From a virus, in the IMG/VR virus record IMGVR_UViG_3300027754_000003, positions 1-64,000 of that record: a DNA stretch of 64,000 nucleotides; one strand, given 5' to 3'. The number at the start of each line of letters is the position of its first letter. Within the stretch, counting starts at the first letter, position 1. The position numbers and the translations under genes were made by a program. Of this stretch, positions 1 through 7,562 are shown piece after piece. Under the pieces are notes generated by a model. That model was not told the origin of the DNA. It saw nothing but the letters and a program-made list of their open reading frames with translations, and searched no databases.

Positions 1-882
1 AAACTTTTTACCATCACCTCGTGGTTTTGGTGCAGCATCTGCGTTCATGTCTGCTTCCCACTTGTCACCAACAGCATCCATGTCTGCTTTGTTTTGGGCT
101 TTTTCTTCTGGTGACATTTTGTCCTCAACGTCAGCAAGGGCAGGATACTTGTCTCGGAAACCATCTTTCTTTTCTGGTTTCTTGGTAAAACGATTAAGGT
201 CCACGGTGTTGCCCGAACTATCGGAGCGAGGAACTTGCTTAGGAACATTAGTACCCTTACCAGCAAGTGCGCTGTCATCAAGCGTTACAGAAGTACTTGC
301 TTGTACTTCTCCACCTTTTGGAATACCACCATCGTCATTCACTACTTTTCCTGTTGTATTTTTTGGAGCAGGAGTGTTCTTGTTTGCACCTGGCTTCTTG
401 CTTTTAGGCTTTGCCTTTTCTTTTTCAGCAGTCTCGTTCATGCGCTCTACTGCGGCATCAGTTGCGTTCTTTTTCTTAGGTGTTGGCTTCTTAGCCTCTG
501 GCTTTGCTGCTTCTTCTTTTTTAGCAGCAGGCTTCTTAGAATCTTTTTTAGTTGCCACGGTGTCTTCTCCTGATTTAAGTAGGGGTGATGTACGCCATGC
601 ACCGTCTGTAATTAATTTCTGTTTACGTGCGTCATTGGACTCCATTGCCTCTGACTTACTAGCCTTTTCACGCTTTTCTTTTTGGTTAGCAAGTCTGCGA
701 CCTTTGAGCCCCGATGCTTGGTCTTCCGCACTTACCGCTTTACGGGCAGCAGTAGCAGCCTCACGAAGTTCTTTTTCTTCTTCTGGCAATTTATATTCAC
801 CAGCAAGAGGTCCAGAAACTATCTCAGCACGACCACCACGACCACCTTTTGAGTAGTAATTCTTATCTTTTTTAGAAGCCAT
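1..882 (-). CDS. Lys/Ala/Glu-rich disordered protein, 3'-truncated by the window edge
   Basis: Read manually: ATG at 882 opens a frame with no stop to position 1 (MASKKDKNYYSKGGRGG...KKPAAKKEEAAKPEAKKPTPKKK). Missing from the ORF track; the 47..856 + ORF is its antisense shadow. Confidence 0.85.
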   Translation of the reverse strand, partial: MASKKDKNYYSKGGRGGRAEIVSGPLAGEYKLPEEEKELREAATAARKAVSAEDQASGLKGRRLANQKEKREKASKSEAMESNDARKQKLITDGAWRTSPLLKSGEDTVATKKDSKKPAAKKEEAAKPEAKKPTPKKKNATDAAVERMNETAEKEKAKPKSKKPGANKNTPAPKNTTGKVVNDDGGIPKGGEVQASTSVTLDDSALAGKGTNVPKQVPRSDSSGNTVDLNRFTKKPEKKDGFRDKYPALADVEDKMSPEEKAQNKADMDAVGDKWEADMNADAAPKPRGDGKKF

Positions 883-884
883 GA

Positions 885-1385
885 TTATCTCCAACTAGGG
901 CGAAGCGATTGCAAGGATGCACGGCGCTCTGCGTCAATATAATCTTGGTTAGGTTGGTCCATAACACGAGGAATACCTTTAGGTCCAACTTTACCGTCAT
1001 TCGTCAATTGTACAGGAACTGCGCCTGGTGGTGCGAACTTCTTACCTTTGGACTCATAAGCAATACCAGTCCACAAATTGAACTCATCGGGCCACATGTA
1101 ATCACCTGGATTTATGCGCTCACCTTTGTGTACTCCACGTGAGTATTGACGAGCGTTCATTCGGCTCAATGAGCCAAGAATTTTGTCCTGTCTGCGATTA
1201 GACGACATCGTGCCAAGGTATCCGTCTGGATACTGTGTGTCTGAGATAGTTCTATAACCAGCAAGTTGATAGTCCTTGTTGTTACGGAAAACAGGGGCAG
1301 GACCAAACTGCGACTGCGAAGCAGAACCTGGAGGGTCGGAAGGACTATTCCAGTTAGCAAATGATGTCTGGGAAGAACCAGCCAT
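885..1385 (-). CDS. hypothetical phage protein
   Basis: 166 aa ORF, TAATG-coupled to the upstream gene; contains GVHKGERI.P.DY.WP, a motif recalled from actinophage hypotheticals. Confidence 0.75.
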   Translation of the reverse strand: MAGSSQTSFANWNSPSDPPGSASQSQFGPAPVFRNNKDYQLAGYRTISDTQYPDGYLGTMSSNRRQDKILGSLSRMNARQYSRGVHKGERINPGDYMWPDEFNLWTGIAYESKGKKFAPPGAVPVQLTNDGKVGPKGIPRVMDQPNQDYIDAERRASLQSLRPSWR

Positions 1386-1507
1386 TAGCCATTACCAGCC
1401 ATACCTGCGTTCATACCCGTGAGAAAGCCACCTTGTGCGCCAGCCACAGACGTAATTGGGCGTGGTTTAGCCTTCTTAGTTACTTTCTTCTTCTTTTTAG
1501 CAGCCAC
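1385..1507 (-). CDS. small basic protein (40 aa)
   Basis: Read manually: GTG..TAA, MAAKKKKKVTKKAKPRPITSVAGAQGGFLTGMNAGMAGNG; 1-nt stop/start overlaps with both neighbours. Confidence 0.75.
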   Translation of the reverse strand: MAAKKKKKVTKKAKPRPITSVAGAQGGFLTGMNAGMAGNG

Positions 1508-1860
1508 TAGTTATACCAACCGTTCCTGTATCTCTCGTCACGCTCTTCTTTTGGCGGCATTGGTTTTTCTTTTTTAGGGGCAGGCTTTGTTTTATTTGGT
1601 GCAGACTGTGGTTTTGGAGGGTAACTGTTGTAGTCATCCCTCTTCTTCTGCGGAGGACCGTGTGGGTCTTTGTTTGGGTCGTTTGGACCACCAGGACCAC
1701 CAGGACCACCAGCGCCAGCAATCTTCTTTTTAGGTGGTTTTTGTCCACCAGCACCACCACCTGTGCTTGTTTGTGGGGCAGGTGGGTAAAACTTTTCGTT
1801 TATTTCACGAACACCTACTTTGCGAGCAGGGTCGTGACGAGTATCTAGTCCTTTAGGCAT
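1507..1860 (-). CDS. Pro/Gly/Lys-rich disordered protein
   Basis: 117 aa ORF filling the operon gap, RBS-like AGGAAG upstream. Confidence 0.75.
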   Translation of the reverse strand: MPKGLDTRHDPARKVGVREINEKFYPPAPQTSTGGGAGGQKPPKKKIAGAGGPGGPGGPNDPNKDPHGPPQKKRDDYNSYPPKPQSAPNKTKPAPKKEKPMPPKEERDERYRNGWYN

Positions 1861-1862
1861 GG

Positions 1863-2030
1863 TTACTTCCTATCTTGCTTAACTTTAACTTTTACACCAC
1901 TCTTTTTACGAGAAACGCCAACATCAAAACCAGCACCGTCATAGGTAACTGTTCCGTAGAGAGGGTTGCCACCAGCAGATTTGCTTGTGTCTCGCTTATA
2001 TGAAAACTTTCCAAATTGGAATTCGTTCAT
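1863..2030 (-). CDS. small basic protein (55 aa)
   Basis: Read manually: MNEFQFGKFSYKRDTSKSAGGNPLYGTVTYDGAGFDVGVSRKKSGVKVKVKQDRK; GGAG upstream; fills the gap exactly. Confidence 0.75.
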   Translation of the reverse strand: MNEFQFGKFSYKRDTSKSAGGNPLYGTVTYDGAGFDVGVSRKKSGVKVKVKQDRK

Positions 2031-2032
2031 AA

Positions 2033-2236
2033 CTAACTCCAGCGTTGCTCAAGCCATACTTTGATTTTGCCTGCACCAGTTGGGCGTGGAGGGCGCATAA
2101 GAGCAGGACTACCTTCGCCATTTGGGATAAAGCGCTCAGATGATGGGTTATGCATAGTGTCTACTTGCTTGCGGTTTGCACGACCACCATAGGCTGGGTC
2201 GCTATTGCTCTTAGAAGATTTGCGAATGTAACCCAT
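2033..2236 (-). CDS. small basic hypothetical protein
   Basis: 67 aa ORF, TGATG-coupled. Confidence 0.7.
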   Translation of the reverse strand: MGYIRKSSKSNSDPAYGGRANRKQVDTMHNPSSERFIPNGEGSPALMRPPRPTGAGKIKVWLEQRWS

Positions 2237-2805
2237 CAGGCATATCCTTCTTTCTCCATTTTTACACGTGCTGAGTTTTGAGCATAGCGGTATGCCTGCT
2301 CACCTTTAGCACCACCTTCAAGATATGCTTTTTCGCTACCAGATGGTTGTTCTGCAAAGGGTCCAGTTTGGCTACCAGCAATTCGCTGATTCTGACTCTT
2401 TCGCTTTGTTTCTTCATCTTTAGCAACTTTAAAAGAACCACCTGCTGCACGTGATTCAGCCATTACTTTAGGGCTGTTTACGTTCTTCAAAGCCTTTGCA
2501 GACTTCTTCTTGTCTTTAAGAATTGCTTTACCTTCAGGAGATGAAGGCTCATGGTACGTGGTGTATTCAGCACCAATTTTAATTGGTGCTGGTTTTGTTC
2601 CTGGTGTACGGTATCCAGGACCATAACCTTCTTTTTGAGGAGTAGCATCACGCTTTGCTCGCCGTGCAGTCATTGCCTGTGTGGTGTTTTCACTATCATC
2701 ACGAACCGTGTGGGTGTCTGGCTTTGCACCAACTCGTGGCTTATGTTGACCACTGTTTGCAAACGGGGTGATACTGTTCACCTTGTCACGATTAAACCAG
2801 CCCAT
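2236..2805 (-). CDS. Lys-rich disordered hypothetical protein
   Basis: 189 aa ORF with GAGGT RBS. Confidence 0.75.
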   Translation of the reverse strand: MGWFNRDKVNSITPFANSGQHKPRVGAKPDTHTVRDDSENTTQAMTARRAKRDATPQKEGYGPGYRTPGTKPAPIKIGAEYTTYHEPSSPEGKAILKDKKKSAKALKNVNSPKVMAESRAAGGSFKVAKDEETKRKSQNQRIAGSQTGPFAEQPSGSEKAYLEGGAKGEQAYRYAQNSARVKMEKEGYA

Positions 2806-2808
2806 TAT

Positions 2809-3099
2809 TTACCTCACTACGGGTTTGAAGGATATAGCGGAGATGTTCTCACCGTTCTCTCCAATAATATCATCAAAGCCGATGATGAAACAGAGGTCAA
2901 TTCCACGTGGGGCAACAAAGCCTCGTGCAATTGCTGAGGCTTTAGCACCTTGGTTTACAGCGCTTGCGCCAATGGCACGAATCTTAGGAAAGTGACCAGC
3001 CACGATTGAACGGGCGAGAATAGAACCCACGCTTTGGGGGTTACTTGAGCCTGATACTTTCAGGACATCTTCAACTTTTGTATTCAGTTCTTGGGACAT
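2809..3099 (-). CDS. spoVS: SpoVS family (Alba-like) nucleic-acid-binding protein
   Basis: VLKVSGSSNPQSV...RAIGASAVNQGAKASAIARGFVAPRGIDL matches the SpoVS signature; AGGAG RBS. Confidence 0.92.
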   Translation of the reverse strand: MSQELNTKVEDVLKVSGSSNPQSVGSILARSIVAGHFPKIRAIGASAVNQGAKASAIARGFVAPRGIDLCFIIGFDDIIGENGENISAISFKPVVR

Positions 3100-3130
3100 A
3101 TTGACTCCTAGTTAGGTAAACAGTTGTCCC

Positions 3131-3141
3131 AATAATATCAT
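3131..3141 (-). promoter_or_regulatory. extended -10 promoter (TGaTATTAT) upstream of spoVS
   Basis: TGnTANNNT in the short intergenic gap. Confidence 0.5.
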
Positions 3142-3513
3142 TTATGCGTAACCAGCATCCTTGAGCAGTTTAAGCATGTCTTCTAACTGCATAATTGCGT
3201 AGGATTCACCGATTGCAGCAACACCTTTTCCAGGTCGTTTTACCACCAGCAGTGGGACTCCACGGGTCAATCTGGATGCCTGTTCAACCGTGGCGTTTAA
3301 CCATTCGCTTAGTTTAAAAGACTTTTGGTTCTTGCATTGGATGGCAATCTCTTTAGAAGGGATGTTACGAGCCTGAACCACCCCATGAATATCTCCAGCA
3401 TCGTTCTCCCCAGCAAGTGCGGTACGGCGAGCATTACAGAAATCTTGCTCCTTGAGGTAGTTGACAATCAAGGTTTCAAACGAAGTGCCTTTGGCTTTGT
3501 GCTTATTTCCCAT
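3142..3513 (-). CDS. Holliday junction resolvase, archaeal Hjc-like PD-(D/E)XK
   Basis: KAKGTSFE..., GDI, IQCKN, PLLVVKR motifs. Confidence 0.85.
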   Translation of the reverse strand: MGNKHKAKGTSFETLIVNYLKEQDFCNARRTALAGENDAGDIHGVVQARNIPSKEIAIQCKNQKSFKLSEWLNATVEQASRLTRGVPLLVVKRPGKGVAAIGESYAIMQLEDMLKLLKDAGYA

Positions 3514-3916
3514 AACCTAACTCCTCCATAACTCTTTTACCTTTTTCCGTAATAGCGTAAACACCGTTAGGGTGACCCACACTACTTAACCTAGTTTTTT
3601 TGGTGGAAAACAGAAAATCTGAAAGAGCCAAATCACTTACACAACGGCGATGTTCATACTTACTACCTTTTTCTTTCATGCCTGTGAGTTCCCCAACTTC
3701 ATCTGCTGTCAAATCTTTGTGGTCATAAAAACAACATAAGACACGGTAATAAGAAGAACCTTCAATAATCGTTCCGATTACCTGTTTCTTTGTTTGCTTG
3801 TGGGCTACCCCACCTGAGTCAAGTAGGTTACGAAGACGAACAATCTCATCAGCCGCTTCTTTGCAATCTTCTTTCTTAGGGAAGTTGCCACGCAACCTTT
3901 CAACAAGGTCTTTCAT
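3503..3916 (-). CDS. winged-HTH DNA-binding protein
   Basis: LTADEVGELTG...RRCVSDL...VYAITEKG. Confidence 0.65.
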   Translation of the reverse strand: MKDLVERLRGNFPKKEDCKEAADEIVRLRNLLDSGGVAHKQTKKQVIGTIIEGSSYYRVLCCFYDHKDLTADEVGELTGMKEKGSKYEHRRCVSDLALSDFLFSTKKTRLSSVGHPNGVYAITEKGKRVMEELGYGK

Positions 3917-4386
3917 TACGGGGTAAATCTATGTTGGCGAACTTCTTTACCTGACATACCAATACGGCGTGACAGTTCACGAGAAACTACCTGAGCACCA
4001 CGTTCGCAACGGTCAAACACGGTGTCTACCAACTTACGGTAAGCACGTTTCTGTGTGTAGATTTCCAGGTGGTCTTGAATCTTTGGGTCAACATCACGCT
4101 TGGCTTTAGCCATAGTAACCAAGTCACCCTTAGTCTTGTTGCCCCACTGCTCAATCAATATGCTGGATTGTAGATATTCAAACTCGTTACGAGTGCGCTC
4201 TTCAGCAATCTCAGCCTGAACAAGTTGTGACTTAGCGTAGACCAACCAAGCCATGAAGTCGGTGTACAACTCCATCAAGTCATGGTCACCAATATCCCCG
4301 ATGTTACGAGGAAGTTCAGGAAGTAAGCCGTTTGGTTTTTCTGGTAACGGAAAGTTTTTCTGGAATAGTTCCATCTCTGGATTCAT
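3916..4386 (-). CDS. coiled-coil hypothetical protein (possible recombination mediator)
   Basis: Helical 156 aa ORF in the RecA/Cas4 operon. Confidence 0.6.
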   Translation of the reverse strand: MNPEMELFQKNFPLPEKPNGLLPELPRNIGDIGDHDLMELYTDFMAWLVYAKSQLVQAEIAEERTRNEFEYLQSSILIEQWGNKTKGDLVTMAKAKRDVDPKIQDHLEIYTQKRAYRKLVDTVFDRCERGAQVVSRELSRRIGMSGKEVRQHRFTP

Positions 4387-5254
4387 CTTCTAATCTCCAA
4401 CATGTTTTCTTATAAGGACAAAACTTACAACCATTGCATGTAGGTTCTTCTGCCCACATTGGTCGCATTGGGGGAACATCTCCCTCTAATGCTGTCATAA
4501 GACGCTTGCAGTTGTCAAGCATTGGTTGCACTAATTCTGGAGTAAACCCAACTACAAACTCTTTAACTTCTTGGGTAGGTTTCCACTCATACAAGAATGT
4601 CATCTGGTGGATGCCAGTGCAGTACATGTATAGCAAACCTTGTTTGATATGGCTTGGAAAAGGTTGGCGAACTTTCTTCCACATACCGTCAAGGGTTAAT
4701 TCACCTTTTTGATATTGCTTGTAAAGGTCAATTGCTTCAAACCTAAGAGTACCCATACCAATTGATTTAATCTCAATAAGAGTACGGCCCTTCTTGTCAT
4801 TGACAATACCGTCAGCATGACCAAGGATGTGATGCTCTTCGTTACTGATAGGAACTTCACGGTAAATAGGTTTAGGAGTGCCACATGACGGACATTTCTC
4901 TGGGCTTACTGCTTCCCACTTGTTGTTACAGATGTCGCTCTTGCACTGCCACAAACCTTCAAGAACACCTGCGTTGTTCAACCAGTCTTGCCACTTGGCA
5001 TGAATGTAATGTCCCTCAGCAAACACGTTCAATCGTTGGAACGAAAAGTCTTCTGGGTCTTTAGGGTGTTTCTTAATTGTGTACCAGTTAGCCCGTGGAC
5101 ACCAGTCTCGCTTGGCTAGGTCACTGGGATGAATGTGGTCCGTATCCCGTGTTGACTCTTTAGCATCACGGTCTTTAAGAATCTGCATAGCCACCGTGGG
5201 GAGGATGCGACCATCCATAGTAAGCAACTTCTTGTAACTACTTATCTCACTCAT
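4316..5254 (-). CDS. Cas4-like PD-(D/E)XK exonuclease with Fe-S cluster and Zn-ribbon insert
   Basis: HPS...WCPR, GHADG, IEIKS, Q...YM, C-terminal CKFCPYKKTC; internal CxxxxC...CPSC. Confidence 0.85.
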   Translation of the reverse strand: MSEISSYKKLLTMDGRILPTVAMQILKDRDAKESTRDTDHIHPSDLAKRDWCPRANWYTIKKHPKDPEDFSFQRLNVFAEGHYIHAKWQDWLNNAGVLEGLWQCKSDICNNKWEAVSPEKCPSCGTPKPIYREVPISNEEHHILGHADGIVNDKKGRTLIEIKSIGMGTLRFEAIDLYKQYQKGELTLDGMWKKVRQPFPSHIKQGLLYMYCTGIHQMTFLYEWKPTQEVKEFVVGFTPELVQPMLDNCKRLMTALEGDVPPMRPMWAEEPTCNGCKFCPYKKTCWRLEDESRDGTIPEKLSVTRKTKRLTS

Positions 5255-5256
5255 GC

Positions 5257-5466
5257 TTAGTATCCCCAGACCAGGTTGTTACTCAAGTTAAAGAAAGGTG
5301 TCTTACCTTTATTACAACCATGTACTTTTTCCATGCGCTCGTTGTAATGCCTGTACGCTTCCAACGGGTCAATAAGCCTGTTCTTATGGTAATTGTCTGC
5401 AAGACGCAAGTTTTCAGCAATAGAAACAGGGTCAGTTTTTGCTAGAACTTTATCGCTACTTCTCAT
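5257..5466 (-). CDS. hypothetical protein
   Basis: About 69 aa ORF filling the operon gap. Confidence 0.55.
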   Translation of the reverse strand: MRSSDKVLAKTDPVSIAENLRLADNYHKNRLIDPLEAYRHYNERMEKVHGCNKGKTPFFNLSNNLVWGY

Positions 5467-5797
5467 CAATCATCTCCAAGAAATCGTCTTCTGGTATAAC
5501 TACGTAGCGTCTTCCACCAATGTCAAACTGCAATACTGGAAGCCTGCTCTCAATGATGGCTCGTTCTCGCAACTCAACAAGGTCAAGAGCCTTGATAGTT
5601 ATTTGTGTTAATCCTGTCGTGAGTTTGTTTTCAATGAGGAAACTTTCCGCACGAACATCATTCTTGCGAAGCCAGCCAGCACCAGAGCGAGCATTACGGC
5701 TTCCCTTGTACGAATTAGCGGTTCGCTTCTCTTGTTTAACAGACGCTTTATTGATGTTCCTGCGGTCATCTGCTGGGTCCTTTCCTATAATCCTCAA
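5456..5797 (-). CDS. PD-(D/E)XK nuclease / resolvase-like protein
   Basis: QEKR.A...SGAGW.RKNDV...LIENK.T; follows RecA. Confidence 0.75.
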   Translation of the reverse strand: MRIIGKDPADDRRNINKASVKQEKRTANSYKGSRNARSGAGWLRKNDVRAESFLIENKLTTGLTQITIKALDLVELRERAIIESRLPVLQFDIGGRRYVVIPEDDFLEMIDEK

Positions 5798-6816
5798 CGT
5801 GCAACACCATAATGTGCTTCAACCTTTGCAATCAAATCTTTCTGCATATCAAGGTCTTCACGGAATGCATCAAGCATCTTTTCTTTACCTTGCCAACGAC
5901 CTTCACCAAATGAGTAGTAAGCGCCAGCACGAGTAATGATGTCAATGGCAATACCAATGTTCAACATGTCCTTAAGGGTGTCATAGTCACCCTTCTCAAA
6001 CCCTTGTGTCTGGGCAAAATAGAAATCAATGACAGCGCTTTGGTTAGGGCGATACGTTTTGTTCTTAAGGGTACGAGCCTTAATGGTCTGCCCAACTACT
6101 TCGTCTTTGTCTTTCAACCACTCGTCACGCTTTACTTCAACACGACAAAAGTATGCAAAGTTCTTTGCCAAGCCACCTGGGGTAGTGCGTGGGTCACCCC
6201 ACATCACACCAATCTTTTGTCTCCATTGATTAATCATCAGACCAGTACAAACACGTTCTTCTGTAATAAGCGAACGCTTCTGAGCCTCTGACGACTTACG
6301 AAAGAACTTAGATGTAAGACGAGCACCAAGACCTACGGTGAACTCTTCCATTGTCTTTTCAGATTCATCACCAGGAACAAGTGCAGGCAGTGAGTCAATA
6401 ACAATCATGTCAGCAGCACGATTAGACATAACATTAATTACAAGGTTGTAAGCATGCTCCATGATGTTGGTTTCAACAATCCACAAACGCTCTAGGTCAA
6501 CACCAATGGACTCTGCGTATTCAGGAACAAACTCTTCAGCAGCAACCCACAAACAAATAAAGTCTGGGTTCAATGCTTGGTTAGTTGCAATGGTTTTAAA
6601 CGCAAGTGCAGTTTTACCAGATGATTCTTCACCAATGATTTCACTCCATTGGTTTACAGGCCAGCCACCACCAAGCATCAAGTCATAAGACAAAATGCCT
6701 GTAGAAATGCGGTCTAATTTGCCACGGGTTTCACTACCCTTAACAATTGTTCCTGCACCGTATTGTTTGTTGACCGAATTAATGATTGAAGACAGACTGT
6801 CCCAATTGTTTTCCAC
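5794..6816 (-). CDS. recA: RecA-like recombinase
   Basis: ISTGILSYDLMLGGG, Walker A GEESSGKT, IVIDSLPAL, INQWR, TPGG. Confidence 0.95.
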   Translation of the reverse strand: MENNWDSLSSIINSVNKQYGAGTIVKGSETRGKLDRISTGILSYDLMLGGGWPVNQWSEIIGEESSGKTALAFKTIATNQALNPDFICLWVAAEEFVPEYAESIGVDLERLWIVETNIMEHAYNLVINVMSNRAADMIVIDSLPALVPGDESEKTMEEFTVGLGARLTSKFFRKSSEAQKRSLITEERVCTGLMINQWRQKIGVMWGDPRTTPGGLAKNFAYFCRVEVKRDEWLKDKDEVVGQTIKARTLKNKTYRPNQSAVIDFYFAQTQGFEKGDYDTLKDMLNIGIAIDIITRAGAYYSFGEGRWQGKEKMLDAFREDLDMQKDLIAKVEAHYGVAR

Positions 6817-6824
6817 TTGTGCTC

Positions 6825-7202
6825 CTATACCCAGTTAGATTGTTCGCCTTGATCGTAAAGTGAATTCCACCCACACTCAAAGCATCTCGGTGCTGGAACC
6901 TTACCACCTGCAGATGCATTTGAGCGACTAAATACATTATTACTTCTACATCTTGGACAAGTTTGATTACCATCTACACGATGTGCTTCTCCACCCTTCC
7001 ATGAGCGAATAGCACTACCCATGTCAGTTTGTCCGTTAGGGTCGGAGTTCTGGGCAATATTAGTTTGATGTTGCAAAGGCGATTGCATTACACGTTCTTG
7101 CGCCTGTTGTTGTAACGCTGGAAGTACCACACGCTCCGTAGGTAATGACCTACGTTCTTCTTGAGGTGCGTTGTTTAACTTTCTATCCCACCAATTACTC
7201 AT
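6825..7202 (-). CDS. zinc-ribbon protein
   Basis: CPRC.S.N...PRCFECGW. Confidence 0.75.
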   Translation of the reverse strand: MSNWWDRKLNNAPQEERRSLPTERVVLPALQQQAQERVMQSPLQHQTNIAQNSDPNGQTDMGSAIRSWKGGEAHRVDGNQTCPRCRSNNVFSRSNASAGGKVPAPRCFECGWNSLYDQGEQSNWV

Positions 7203-7211
7203 TGTTGTTCC

Positions 7212-7562
7212 TTATTCTGCGGCTGATATTAACGCAATAACCTGATTTTCTAACATCTTTTGTACAAGAGCCATACCAAATGCTACTAGGACTCCCTTGG
7301 AGCCTTCAATCATAGCAGGGGGTGGTAGTTCTTCCTCATCCATTGTCTTAGATAAAACTTCAGTAAACCAATCTACTGATTGTTCTATTTCATCATAGAC
7401 ACCAAAGTCGTGAAGCAAGTCCCACTGGTCATCAATTAGTTGTTCTTCTAGTTCCTGCACTTCTTGTGATGGTGGGGTCATCCCCACGCTTTGTGCAATC
7501 TGTTGCCCACCAGGGAAAGAAAGCATTAGGCAAAAGTTTCTTTTCTCTGCAAGGTTATTCAT
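7212..7562 (-). CDS. hypothetical acidic protein
   Basis: ATG at 7562 overlaps the polymerase stop (ATGA). Confidence 0.7.
   Translation of the reverse strand: MNNLAEKRNFCLMLSFPGGQQIAQSVGMTPPSQEVQELEEQLIDDQWDLLHDFGVYDEIEQSVDWFTEVLSKTMDEEELPPPAMIEGSKGVLVAFGMALVQKMLENQVIALISAAE

Noticed and set aside
47-856. 269-aa plus-strand hydrophobic ORF
   Set aside because: Antisense shadow of the Lys-rich minus-strand gene at 1-882; its Phe/Leu/Ser richness mirrors Lys/Glu codons.
4316-5254. Cas4-like gene as evidence of a CRISPR system
   Set aside because: No repeat-spacer array or other cas genes were seen; solo Cas4-like nucleases are common in phage recombination modules.
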